Below the pieces are notes generated by a model. That model was not told where the DNA came from. It ran no database searches and saw only the letters and a list, made by a program, of their open reading frames with translations. Below are positions 18,399 through 27,562 of a DNA stretch of 56,171 nucleotides, piece by piece (within the stretch, counting starts at the first letter, position 1; each line of letters opens with the position of its first letter). The position numbers and the translations under genes were made by a program. This DNA is from a virus (taxonomy: Duplodnaviria; Caudoviricetes): positions 1 through 56,171 of IMG/VR virus record IMGVR_UViG_3300049489_000406. One strand, given 5' to 3'.

Positions 18399-18940
18399 GA
18401 ACAGAACAGGAATGGATTAAAGCGTTAAGCAGGTGGTCAGATGATTGTATCTTCCTTGACGCTGTCCCAGTAGATCAAAGAACCCACGCAGTGTGTCTCG
18501 CCGCAGTTAAGAAATACGGACGCGACTTAAAACACGTGCCCGTACCACTTAGAACAGTCGAAATATGCTCAGAGGCGTTATATAAGGGTTTCGGTGGGTT
18601 CTGGCATGATGCAGAAAGAAAAGAGTTTATCCCCGAAGCTATCGTACAAGAGGTGCAGAAAGCAGTTGAAGAGAGAAAGAAAAATGACAAGCTTTATAAT
18701 GCTTGGCTCACACTTGTAAAAAATGACTGGCGTGTGTTGAAGTACGTGCCAGATCATTTAAGGCGTGAAGGAATTATAAAAGCCGCATTAAAACAGAGTC
18801 CAGAGGCTACTGCTATGATTGTAGCTAATATTAGCTTATCTCAGGATCAAATAGATAGATTGAGAGATAGTATGCATAAATTTTATTCTGGCACTCAAAA
18901 TTCTGTGGTTATTCTGCCGCCTGAAAAAGGTATGGATTAG
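18395..18940 (+). CDS. DUF4116-repeat protein with a C-terminal portal-derived segment
   Basis: DUF4116 repeats; the last 41 aa align without gaps to portal residues encoded at 51833-51955. Confidence 0.85.
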   Translation: MRTEQEWIKALSRWSDDCIFLDAVPVDQRTHAVCLAAVKKYGRDLKHVPVPLRTVEICSEALYKGFGGFWHDAERKEFIPEAIVQEVQKAVEERKKNDKLYNAWLTLVKNDWRVLKYVPDHLRREGIIKAALKQSPEATAMIVANISLSQDQIDRLRDSMHKFYSGTQNSVVILPPEKGMD

Positions 18941-18954
18941 AGGTTTATTGAATC

Positions 18955-19128
18955 ATGAAAGTTACCGCGCTAGTTGTAATCACAGCTTTAACAATTCCGT
19001 GCGTAAGGCAAATGTGGATTTATGGGGATAGACTGGATGCATTAACGCTAGCAGTTGAGAACATGTCAGTCATCTGTTTTATAACCTATTGCTATTTTGT
19101 AGGGAGAAATCGTGGACGTAAAAGATAG
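18955..19128 (+). CDS. Small membrane protein (57 aa, not in ORF track)
   Basis: GAGG RBS; two hydrophobic stretches and a basic tail. Confidence 0.5.
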   Translation: MKVTALVVITALTIPCVRQMWIYGDRLDALTLAVENMSVICFITYCYFVGRNRGRKR

Positions 19129-19333
19129 GCAATATTTGTTGGACGTAATAAAAAGAAACGACATCAGCATACGATCCTTTAAACAATATTTTTTTCAGGA
19201 GCCGAGTTATTCCCATATCGATACAGCCACTACGTTGATAGAGGGTGAGAAGATAAAGCATCTTAAGGAATCAAAATCACTCGATGCTTATAACAGGCTA
19301 ATAGGTAAGAAACCTATACGGAGTGGAATATGA
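19112..19333 (+). CDS. Hypothetical protein
   Basis: GGAG RBS, GTG start. Confidence 0.55.
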   Translation: MDVKDRQYLLDVIKRNDISIRSFKQYFFQEPSYSHIDTATTLIEGEKIKHLKESKSLDAYNRLIGKKPIRSGI

Positions 19334-19644
19334 AAAAAGATGAGCAATATTGTGATGATAGTTACTGGTTAAAACAGGTAAAAATAGACGGGAGCCTCGA
19401 CGATGTCCCAACGGAACATAGGACTTATGAAGTATGCCTTGAAGCCGTGAAGGTGTGGCACTTAGCACTAAATCACGTACCAGATCAGCATCTAACGCGC
19501 GATTTGATATCTGCGTCTTTGACTAGAGCTTATGATAACGGATACGAAGAAGGCGAATCGGCAGGGTATCATCACGGGTATGAGCAAGGCGAATCTTTTG
19601 GGTATGAACAGGGTTATAGTGACGGAGTAAAACATGAAAACTAG
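19330..19644 (+). CDS. DUF4116-repeat protein with a GYxxG-repeat tail
   Basis: L.DVP..HRTYEVCLEAV; tail AYDNGYEEG..GYHHGYEQG. Confidence 0.75.
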   Translation: MKKDEQYCDDSYWLKQVKIDGSLDDVPTEHRTYEVCLEAVKVWHLALNHVPDQHLTRDLISASLTRAYDNGYEEGESAGYHHGYEQGESFGYEQGYSDGVKHEN

Positions 19645-19786
19645 TGAGGATGAATTATCAGACTTGAGAACAGAGCTTAAAGAAGCGTATTCACGAATAA
19701 ATGCTTTGGAAGAAGAAATAAAGGATGCTATTAGAGATCTAAATAGTATTAGTGAATATCTACGGAATTATGTCTTAAAGTCGTGA
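19634..19786 (+). CDS. Small coiled-coil protein (50 aa, not in ORF track)
   Basis: GGAG RBS; heptad pattern MKTSEDELSDLRTELKEAY. Confidence 0.55.
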   Translation: MKTSEDELSDLRTELKEAYSRINALEEEIKDAIRDLNSISEYLRNYVLKS

Positions 19787-19828
19787 GGGTATAATTACTG
19801 TATCACCTAAAGCACATGAGGAATAAAA

Positions 19829-20113
19829 ATGGATAACGAGCAGTACTGGTTAGATCAATTTGGTATGCCACGCGATAAACGTGACAATAAATATGCTGAT
19901 CTTAAAGATGTACCACATCATTTAAGAACTCTCAAGGTTTGTAAGTCAGCGTTGTACAGTTGCCCTTTCAATTTAATACACGTGCCCGTTCATCTCAGAA
20001 ATGATGAGATAGTACAAATAGCCTTAGATGATTTAATACATGTACCCTATTATTTTAGAGATAATGATACGGTACAAAGAGCCTTAGATGCTATAGAAGC
20101 AGTTGTGAGCTGA
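19829..20113 (+). CDS. DUF4116-repeat protein
   Basis: LKDVP..LRTL.VC..AL; LIHVP repeats. Confidence 0.7.
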   Translation: MDNEQYWLDQFGMPRDKRDNKYADLKDVPHHLRTLKVCKSALYSCPFNLIHVPVHLRNDEIVQIALDDLIHVPYYFRDNDTVQRALDAIEAVVS

Positions 20114-20211
20114 TATACTGGTAAAGACGATTAGGGACTTCTTGAGTGCGATGGAGTCTTAAATGAGTTTATATAACGGTTATGCAAAAGGCTATATAGA
20201 CGGAGTAAAAC

Positions 20212-21063
20212 ATGAATTATGAGCAATTAAAAGCCGATAGAGATCGTTTGCGTTCTGATATAGAAAAGATTAAACACCTACCTCTAAAAGACGAAGAATG
20301 TGAACGTGATGACTGTTTTAGTTTATCAAAAGTGAAAGGTCTAACTGTTCAATCAGTCTATTTTGATGAGCATAAAGTATGTATAAAAATGCACGTGAAC
20401 AGCAAAGGCATAGATTCTTTAGTTCTACAATGTGAAGGTTGCACCTTATATGATTACGATCAACCTATATATTTCTTAAATGGACACCGTATAGATGGTA
20501 TATTTTCGCTCACCAGAGTAGAAAAACAGTTTACCTATATTTCATTCAAAATTTACTCATTTAAAGGCGTTGCAATTTTTACTTTTTATGGGGATTCATT
20601 GGATTTTAAAAAGGTAAAAAATAATTCACAAATCTTAATAAGTGATATAAAAAGCGATAAAGAATGGATTAAGGATATAGTCAATCGTAAATGCAGATTA
20701 GAAGATTTACCCGAACAAAATAGAACCTACGGTGTTTGTCTCAGCGCGGTAGAATTTTACCCACCATATCTGGAAGATGTACCCGAACACTACAAGACCG
20801 CAGAGATGTGTGCAAAAGCCCTATACACGGGTTTCAAATCCAAATGGGATGAGAAAAAATTAATACCCGCAAATGTGTTTGAAGCTGCTAAAGCCCTAGT
20901 AAAAGATAGAAAGAAAAAAGAAATGCTATACATATCATGGCTAAATTTAGTAAGAGATGATTGGAGGGTAATAGAGCACGTACCTATTTGTTTTAAAAAT
21001 AAAAAAATGTGTGCGGTAGCTTTAAGTCAAAGCCCAGAAGCTAAAAAATTTATTGAGGAGTAG
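20212..21063 (+). CDS. N-terminal beta-rich domain plus DUF4116 repeats
   Basis: C-terminal half is paralogous to 18395..18940. Confidence 0.75.
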   Translation: MNYEQLKADRDRLRSDIEKIKHLPLKDEECERDDCFSLSKVKGLTVQSVYFDEHKVCIKMHVNSKGIDSLVLQCEGCTLYDYDQPIYFLNGHRIDGIFSLTRVEKQFTYISFKIYSFKGVAIFTFYGDSLDFKKVKNNSQILISDIKSDKEWIKDIVNRKCRLEDLPEQNRTYGVCLSAVEFYPPYLEDVPEHYKTAEMCAKALYTGFKSKWDEKKLIPANVFEAAKALVKDRKKKEMLYISWLNLVRDDWRVIEHVPICFKNKKMCAVALSQSPEAKKFIEE

Positions 21064-21066
21064 AAC

Positions 21067-21336
21067 ATGAAAACAGAACAAATCAATAACTACGTACTCT
21101 ACCTCTCTACTTTAACTCTAGTGGTCAACATTGTAGAGAAGTGCCTATCCCCTTATTCTGTATTCTTAATGATTACTTGCCTGCTATTTTCTCTCTGGGT
21201 TTATAAGATTGACATTTTCGGATTCATGGGAGAGGAAGCGCATACTTCACATAAAGCACAAGTATTTATCAGATTACTTACAGAGTCATCAATTATTATT
21301 TTTGTGCTAGGTATTATTCTTTCATCGTTTAAGTAA
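21067..21336 (+). CDS. Three-TM membrane protein
   Basis: Three hydrophobic segments; GAGGAG RBS. Confidence 0.65.
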   Translation: MKTEQINNYVLYLSTLTLVVNIVEKCLSPYSVFLMITCLLFSLWVYKIDIFGFMGEEAHTSHKAQVFIRLLTESSIIIFVLGIILSSFK

Positions 21337-21354
21337 CTAAAGAGGTAAATACAA

Positions 21355-22071
21355 ATGAGAGAAAAGATTATAGCGACAGATGATACGATCCACGACATTG
21401 TTAGGCGCGAGATAGAGATAGTCGGAAATGATGGAGATTTGAACCACATCGATACGAGTCGGGTGACGAATATGTCAAGACTTTTTCAATACGTGGGGGA
21501 TTTTAACTGTGATATATCGAAATGGGACACCTCTAGGGTTACTACTATGCGTTTTATGTTTAAGGAGTGCTACGCATTTAATCAACCCATTGGTAATTGG
21601 GATACTTCTAATGTCTCCGATATGTACTGTATGTTCTCCGAATGTTTTAACTTTAATCGGGATATTTCGAAGTGGGATACCTCTAAAGTTAAAGATATGC
21701 GTTGGATGTTTTATAGGTGTTCTTCATTTAATCAACCCATTGGTGGTTGGGACACATCTAAAGTTACTGATATGCTCGCGATGTTCGATGGGTGCAAATC
21801 ATTTAATCAACCCATTGGTGGTTGGGACACATCTAAAGTTACTGATATGCGCTTCATGTTTAATGTGTGCTATTTCTTTAATCAAGACATCTCGAAATGG
21901 GATACTTCTAAGGTTACCGATATGGGCGCCATGTTTTATGGGTGCTCATCATTTAATCAAGACATCTCGAAATGGGATACTTCTAAGGTTACCAGTATGT
22001 GCTGGATGTTTAAATACAGCATCAAAATGGAAGAGAAAAACAAACCAAAATTTACCAACCAGGGGGATTAG
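21355..22071 (+). CDS. DUF285/BspA-like leucine-rich repeat protein
   Basis: Seven 25-aa [25 protein letters not shown] repeats. Confidence 0.92.
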   Translation: MREKIIATDDTIHDIVRREIEIVGNDGDLNHIDTSRVTNMSRLFQYVGDFNCDISKWDTSRVTTMRFMFKECYAFNQPIGNWDTSNVSDMYCMFSECFNFNRDISKWDTSKVKDMRWMFYRCSSFNQPIGGWDTSKVTDMLAMFDGCKSFNQPIGGWDTSKVTDMRFMFNVCYFFNQDISKWDTSKVTDMGAMFYGCSSFNQDISKWDTSKVTSMCWMFKYSIKMEEKNKPKFTNQGD

Positions 22072-22074
22072 AAA

Positions 22075-23511
22075 ATGAGACCGAGGATTATCGCTACAGA
22101 TGATACGATCCATGAAATCGTCAGACATGAGATAGAGATAGTCGGAAATGATGGAGACCTGAACCATATTGATACGAGTCAAGTCACGGATATGTCAGGA
22201 CTTTTTGAAGACTTGGAAGATTTTAACTGTGACATATCGAAATGGAACACATCTAAAGTTATTACTACGCAGCGTATGTTTTGGGGTTGCTCTTCATTTA
22301 ATCAAGATATTTCAAAGTGGGATACCTCTAATGTTACCGATATGTGTGGGATGTTTCATGGATGCCATTCATTCAATCAAGACCTATCGAAGTGGAACAC
22401 GCCTAAAGTTACTAATATGAGTTCGATGTTTAGTGAATGCAGCTCATTCAATCAAGACTTATCTAAATGGGATACTTCTAATGTCACTACTATCGCTGCA
22501 ATGTTCGAATGGTGCTCTTCATTTAACCAAGACCTGTCGAAGTGGGACACTTCTAAAGTTACGGATAAGCTATGGATGTTTTTCAGATGCGACAAAATGG
22601 AAGAGAAAAACAAGCCTAAGTTTAACAACCTTGAGGAGCAAAAAATGAGACCAAGGATTATAGCGACAGATTATACTATCCACGACATTGTTAGACGTGA
22701 AACAAGAATAGTTGGGAACAATGGGGATTTGAACCATATTGATACGAATCAAGTCACGAATATGTCAGGACTTTGTGAACATCTGAGATATTTTAACTGT
22801 GATATATCGAAATGGGATACCTCTAATGTTTCCGATATGAGTAGAATGTTCTACGGATGCTTATCATTTAATCAAGACATCTCAAAGTGGGATACCTCTA
22901 AAGTTACAGATATGACCTTTATGTTTTGTGAGTGTTTATCATTTAATCAAGACCTGTCGAAATGGGATACCTCTAAAGTTACTGATATGGGATGTATGTT
23001 TGATAGGTGTTCTTTATTTAATCAACCTATTGGCAATTGGAATACATCTAATGTCACTGTTATGAGATATATGTTTGATGAGTGTCGCTCATTCAATCAA
23101 GACCTCTCCAAGTGGAACACGTCTAAAGTTACTGATATGCGCGGGATGTTTAGTAGATGCTTTTTATTCAATCAAGACCTCTCCAAGTGGAACACGTCTA
23201 AAGTTACTTATAAGTGCTCGATGTTTGACGACTGCGACAAAATGGAAGACAAAAACAAACCAAAATTTACCAACCAAGAGGAACAAAAAATGAAACGACA
23301 ATACACTAAAAGAACAAAGGATGAGAAAGTCACACGTCTTATCCTATGTGTTGAGAAATTGATGACTAAAAGGGATGTCATTAATGGTAAAATACAATCC
23401 ATCAACGAAAAAATAGCAAAGATTAAACATGGAAAGTTTAATAAACTGATAGGTGGTTTAACGGACGATCAGAAACAAATGATAGTGAAATACATCGAGG
23501 ATAGGTTTTAA
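22075..23511 (+). CDS. Tandem DUF285/BspA units fused in frame to a coiled-coil domain
   Basis: Two units (5 and 6 repeats); internal RBS+ATG at 22645 and 23290. Confidence 0.88.
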   Translation: MRPRIIATDDTIHEIVRHEIEIVGNDGDLNHIDTSQVTDMSGLFEDLEDFNCDISKWNTSKVITTQRMFWGCSSFNQDISKWDTSNVTDMCGMFHGCHSFNQDLSKWNTPKVTNMSSMFSECSSFNQDLSKWDTSNVTTIAAMFEWCSSFNQDLSKWDTSKVTDKLWMFFRCDKMEEKNKPKFNNLEEQKMRPRIIATDYTIHDIVRRETRIVGNNGDLNHIDTNQVTNMSGLCEHLRYFNCDISKWDTSNVSDMSRMFYGCLSFNQDISKWDTSKVTDMTFMFCECLSFNQDLSKWDTSKVTDMGCMFDRCSLFNQPIGNWNTSNVTVMRYMFDECRSFNQDLSKWNTSKVTDMRGMFSRCFLFNQDLSKWNTSKVTYKCSMFDDCDKMEDKNKPKFTNQEEQKMKRQYTKRTKDEKVTRLILCVEKLMTKRDVINGKIQSINEKIAKIKHGKFNKLIGGLTDDQKQMIVKYIEDRF

Positions 23512-24377
23512 TGTCAAAAATAGTAAATGCTGACGTGATAGAAACGCTTACTACATTAAACATAACGAACTATTTTGACGTAATTATTGCAGACCCTCCA
23601 TACAACATAAATAAAAATTTTGGGGTAGGTTCTGATTCGGTTCCTTTACCTGATTACATTGATTGGTCAAAACACTGGATTGATCTTTGTCTTAAGTCAT
23701 TAAAACCTAACGGTATAATGTATATCTATGGATTCACTGAAATACTTGCGCACATCGCCGTAAACTATCCGTTGGGCAAACAACGGTTTTTGATATGGAG
23801 TTACCTGAATAAGGTAGCTCCAAATTCTAAGTTTTGGCAGAGGTCGCACGAGGCTATACTGTGCCTTTGGATAGATAAAAAACCCGCGCTAGAGATAGAT
23901 CAAATACGTGAGCCATACTCTAAAGGGTACGCTAATGCGCACGGTAAAGAAAGAAAAAGTACTAAAGGGCGTTTTGGTTCTAAGGCAACTGTATATAATG
24001 TGAACCCACTAGGTGCGATGCCGAGAGATGTTATAAGAGTACCTGCTTTAGCTGGAAAATCATCAGAGAGACCTTTTATGTGTAGAACCTGCGGAGGCGT
24101 TATGTATGATTCTGAGTATTTAAAAAGCCATCTCGGACATAGCATTTTACAACATCCAACACAAAAACCAGCAGAGCTTACAAAAAGACTTTTACTATCG
24201 GCAGCTAAACCTACGCGCGGAAAAGTACTAATACCTTTTTCGGGTTCGGGTTCTGAGTGCTTAGTAGCCAAAAGTTTAGGCTTTGAATTTTTAGGGGTAG
24301 AGCTAAACTGGGAATATGTAACCTACGCAGAAAATCTAATAAGGAGAAATAATGGACTTGCAAGCAGCGTCATTTGA
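23511..24377 (+). CDS. Orphan N4-cytosine/N6-adenine DNA methyltransferase (beta-type order)
   Basis: ADPPYN, then HPTQKP and PFSGSGS. Confidence 0.92.
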   Translation: MSKIVNADVIETLTTLNITNYFDVIIADPPYNINKNFGVGSDSVPLPDYIDWSKHWIDLCLKSLKPNGIMYIYGFTEILAHIAVNYPLGKQRFLIWSYLNKVAPNSKFWQRSHEAILCLWIDKKPALEIDQIREPYSKGYANAHGKERKSTKGRFGSKATVYNVNPLGAMPRDVIRVPALAGKSSERPFMCRTCGGVMYDSEYLKSHLGHSILQHPTQKPAELTKRLLLSAAKPTRGKVLIPFSGSGSECLVAKSLGFEFLGVELNWEYVTYAENLIRRNNGLASSVI

Positions 24378-26229
24378 CGTGTGGAAACAAAAATATCAAT
24401 TAAAAGATGAGCACGGCACAGCAATAGACAAAGATGTTGATAGCATGTTCCAGAGAGTAGCTAAAACCCTCGCAAGCGTAGAATCTAATAGTGAACACTG
24501 GTATGAGCGCTTTTTGTGGGCGATGAGACGCGGCGCGTACCCTGCTGGTAGAATACTAGCTAATGCGGGTGCCCAGGGGTATAAGCCCAACACAACACTC
24601 ATTAACTGTACAGTGAGTCGTGTTATAGATGACTCCATTGAGGGTATAATGCTAGCACTGTCAGAAGCTGCAAGCACACTTAAAACAGGCGCTGGGATAG
24701 GGTATGACTTCTCCACTCTGCGACCTAAAGGTGCATACGTACGCGGTGCAGGTGCGAAAACATCCGGATCACTATCGTTTATGGACATATTCGATAAGAT
24801 GTGTTTTACAATCTCATCAGCAGGAGGCAGGCGCGGCGCTCAGATGGCTACAATGCGTGTAGACCATCCCGACATCATAGATTTTATTAAAGCTAAAAGA
24901 GAAAACGGGCGCTTAAGACAGTTTAATATGTCAGTGTTAGTTACAGATAGCTTTATGCACGCTGTAGATACCGATCTTGACTGGCAACTGTGTTTTGCGG
25001 GTAAAGTGTATAAAACAGTTAAAGCCTGTGACCTCTGGGATTTGATTATGCGTTCAACGTATGACTATGCGGAGCCAGGGGTGCTTTTTATAGACAGGAT
25101 CAATGAAGGGAACCCCCTTGGGTTTATTGAGCAGATAACTGCTACGAACCCGTGCGCGGAGCAGCCATTACCCCCTAATGGCGCGTGTCTTTTGGGTTCA
25201 GTAGACCTTACAAAATTTGTCAGATACCCTTTTTCAGATGATGCCGTTTTTAACTATGAAGATTTTATAGAAGTAGTTTCGGTGTTTGCACGTATGCTAG
25301 ATAACGTTGTAGATATAAACAACCTCCCCCTTGAGTCTCAGCGACAAGAAATCATGATGAAACGCAGGCACGGCATGGGGTTTTTGGGTTTAGGTTCCGC
25401 ATTGACTATGCTAAAAATAAAGTACGGATCACCTGAGGCGATACGACTTGCACGCACAGTCTCTATAGCGATGGCGCGTACGAATTACGAGACCGGTGTA
25501 GACCTGGCTTATGAAAAGGGTGCTGCTCCGATATTGAAAGATGAAAACAACTTAAAAAACTATGTCGACAGAATAAAAAAACTCGGTTACGTAAATGATG
25601 ACTATCTAAGAAAAATGGAAGCGTGGGGGTGCAGATACACACATGCAACATCTATAGCCCCTACGGGCACTCTATCCCTGTCCGTGGGAAACAATGTGAG
25701 CAATGGCATAGAGCCTACATTTTGTCACGAGTATGCTAGAAACGTCATCATAGATGGGAAGAAAACAAAAGAAAAAGTTAACGTTCTATCTTATGAGTAC
25801 CTGCGATACAAATCTATGCATCCTGAGGCTACTGTAGATACGCTGCCCGATTATTTTGTTACCTCAGATAGCATAACGCCCGAGCAGCATGTAGATATGC
25901 AAGCAGCGTGTCAGCCATCTATAGATTCTAGTATATCAAAAACAATTAACGTCCCCACTGATATAAGCTTTGATGCTTTTAAAGACATATACCGCTATGC
26001 TTTTAGTAAAGGGTTGAAAGGATGCACCACATTTAGATTTAATCCTGAGGCTTTTCAGGGGGTACTGGTTAAAGAATCTGATCTAAAAAACACTATTTAC
26101 AACTTCAAACTCGAAAATGGTGAGACGGTATCATGTACGGGCGACACAATAATTACGTATGACGGAGAGAATCACACAGCAGCAAATCTATACGATGCTA
26201 TTAAGGAAGGTTACTATGGTAAATTCTAA
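24352..26229 (+). CDS. nrdJa: Class II (B12-dependent) ribonucleotide reductase, NrdJa subunit
   Basis: NC, GGRRGAQM, TNPCAEQPL, SIAPTGT, ISKTINVP, KGCTTFR; C-terminus HTAANLYDAIKEGYYGKF. Confidence 0.92.
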   Translation: MDLQAASFDVWKQKYQLKDEHGTAIDKDVDSMFQRVAKTLASVESNSEHWYERFLWAMRRGAYPAGRILANAGAQGYKPNTTLINCTVSRVIDDSIEGIMLALSEAASTLKTGAGIGYDFSTLRPKGAYVRGAGAKTSGSLSFMDIFDKMCFTISSAGGRRGAQMATMRVDHPDIIDFIKAKRENGRLRQFNMSVLVTDSFMHAVDTDLDWQLCFAGKVYKTVKACDLWDLIMRSTYDYAEPGVLFIDRINEGNPLGFIEQITATNPCAEQPLPPNGACLLGSVDLTKFVRYPFSDDAVFNYEDFIEVVSVFARMLDNVVDINNLPLESQRQEIMMKRRHGMGFLGLGSALTMLKIKYGSPEAIRLARTVSIAMARTNYETGVDLAYEKGAAPILKDENNLKNYVDRIKKLGYVNDDYLRKMEAWGCRYTHATSIAPTGTLSLSVGNNVSNGIEPTFCHEYARNVIIDGKKTKEKVNVLSYEYLRYKSMHPEATVDTLPDYFVTSDSITPEQHVDMQAACQPSIDSSISKTINVPTDISFDAFKDIYRYAFSKGLKGCTTFRFNPEAFQGVLVKESDLKNTIYNFKLENGETVSCTGDTIITYDGENHTAANLYDAIKEGYYGKF

Positions 26230-26533
26230 ATACTCTAGACTTGTTGACATCTACTCATCGATTAGAGAGCAAGATTTTAACAAGCTTTTATACGGCAGAA
26301 ATTTTAGTGAGCAGTCGGTTATTATCCTAAGAAAAATAATACTAGACAAGCAGTGTCAAAAAATCGTTGCTAAACAGTACGGCGTGTCTCAGGCTTTTAT
26401 AAGCGGTTTAATTTCAAGATTCATAAGGGCTAAAATGTTCAAATGCGAAACGTGCGGACGTGTTTTTTTGCGATCATGTAACTTATCAGCCCACGTTAAG
26501 ACTTGCAAAAGGAGCCAAAGTGATGATTATTGA
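26216..26533 (+). CDS. TrfB/KorA-like HTH protein with a C-terminal C2HC zinc finger
   Basis: QKIVAKQYGVSQAFIS HTH; FKCETCGRVFLRSCNLSAHVKTC; AAGGAAGG RBS. Confidence 0.65.
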   Translation: MVNSKYSRLVDIYSSIREQDFNKLLYGRNFSEQSVIILRKIILDKQCQKIVAKQYGVSQAFISGLISRFIRAKMFKCETCGRVFLRSCNLSAHVKTCKRSQSDDY

Positions 26534-27023
26534 TAGTAAAATAGTTTCTGTTAGCGTTAACTCTAACGAGTGCAGTAGTACTTTAACTGTAAGACCCGAG
26601 ATGTTACCTGGCGTTACGTACAAAATAAAACCACCAGGTCACAATGATGCGATGTACGTTACAATAAACTCACTAGATAACAAGCCTTTTGAGCTTTTTA
26701 TACAGTCCAAAAATGCAGAGCACACCCAATGGACATCTGCGCTTACCCGTGTGATCTCTGCCATTTTTAGAAAAGGTGGGGATGTAACTTTTCTCATCGA
26801 TGAGCTGAAATCCATACACGATCCGCGAGGCGGTCACTTTGCGCATGAAAAATACGTACCTTCTTTGGTGGCTGAAATTGGGTACGTCTTAGAAAAGCAC
26901 TTAAATCTTAAAAAAGAAGCAAAACCCACAAAAAAGACGTGTCAAAAATGCAATGGTGTAAACGTTGAGGTTTCCGGCGGATGTTCAATATGCAGAGATT
27001 GTGGAGATTCTAAATGCGAATAA
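26520..27023 (+). CDS. nrdJb: NrdJb (TSCPD domain plus C-terminal Zn ribbon)
   Basis: RPE.L.G.TYKIK, YVTIN, PFELF, ALTRVISAIFRKGGD, CQKC...GC..C..CG.SKC. Confidence 0.9.
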   Translation: MMIIDSKIVSVSVNSNECSSTLTVRPEMLPGVTYKIKPPGHNDAMYVTINSLDNKPFELFIQSKNAEHTQWTSALTRVISAIFRKGGDVTFLIDELKSIHDPRGGHFAHEKYVPSLVAEIGYVLEKHLNLKKEAKPTKKTCQKCNGVNVEVSGGCSICRDCGDSKCE

Positions 27024-27487
27024 AGAAGATCATATCTGGCGGACAAACAGGTGTCGACCAAGGGGCTTTGCTCGCAGCTATTGACCTAGGTATTGAGCAC
27101 GGTGGGTACTGCCCTAAAGGGAGGCGTTGCGAGTCCGGCAAGATTCCTGATATTTTCAACCTACAAGAGCTTGACACATATGACTATGCGGCACGTACAG
27201 AGAAAAATATACTAGAGTCTGACGGAACATTGCTTATTACGAAATATCTTTGTGGAAATCAAACTCCAGGGTCACGTCTCACTAAAAAGCTGTGTGCAGC
27301 GCACGGTAAACCTATTCTACATACTTCTGGACTGTTGGCATCCCCTAGTGAAATTATAAAATTTATCAAGGAACATAAAATACAGGTGCTTAATGTCGCA
27401 GGAACAAGAGGGTCAAAATGGGAGGGCGCTGAAAAATTTACAAGAGATTTAATAAAATCAGTGATAAATTTTGAGGAGGTAATATGA
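27014..27487 (+). CDS. SLOG-superfamily 'putative molybdenum carrier' protein
   Basis: IISGGQTGVD, GG.CPKGR, Y..RT..N...SDGTL, LNVAG.R.S. Confidence 0.9.
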   Translation: MRIKKIISGGQTGVDQGALLAAIDLGIEHGGYCPKGRRCESGKIPDIFNLQELDTYDYAARTEKNILESDGTLLITKYLCGNQTPGSRLTKKLCAAHGKPILHTSGLLASPSEIIKFIKEHKIQVLNVAGTRGSKWEGAEKFTRDLIKSVINFEEVI

Positions 27488-27562
27488 TTATTATTAATGG
27501 CTATCGTCCCCGAGACCCTGGAAAAGTGTGGATAACGCAACATATCTTATCGTCTTTTAAAA

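Noticed and set aside
18815-18937. Portal copy as a DGR template/variable repeat pair
   Set aside because: Mismatches are not adenine-specific and no reverse transcriptase is present
21509-23405. Alternate-frame and antisense ORFs over the DUF285 repeats, and similar shadow ORFs across the window
   Set aside because: They overlap well-supported genes and have no RBS or motif support
26131-26229. SCTGDTIITYDG at the NrdJa C-terminus as the missing intein N-half
   Set aside because: It lies within the normal NrdJa tail (…YDGE.HTAANL.DA.KEGYYGKF) and is too short to supply the rest of a Hint fold
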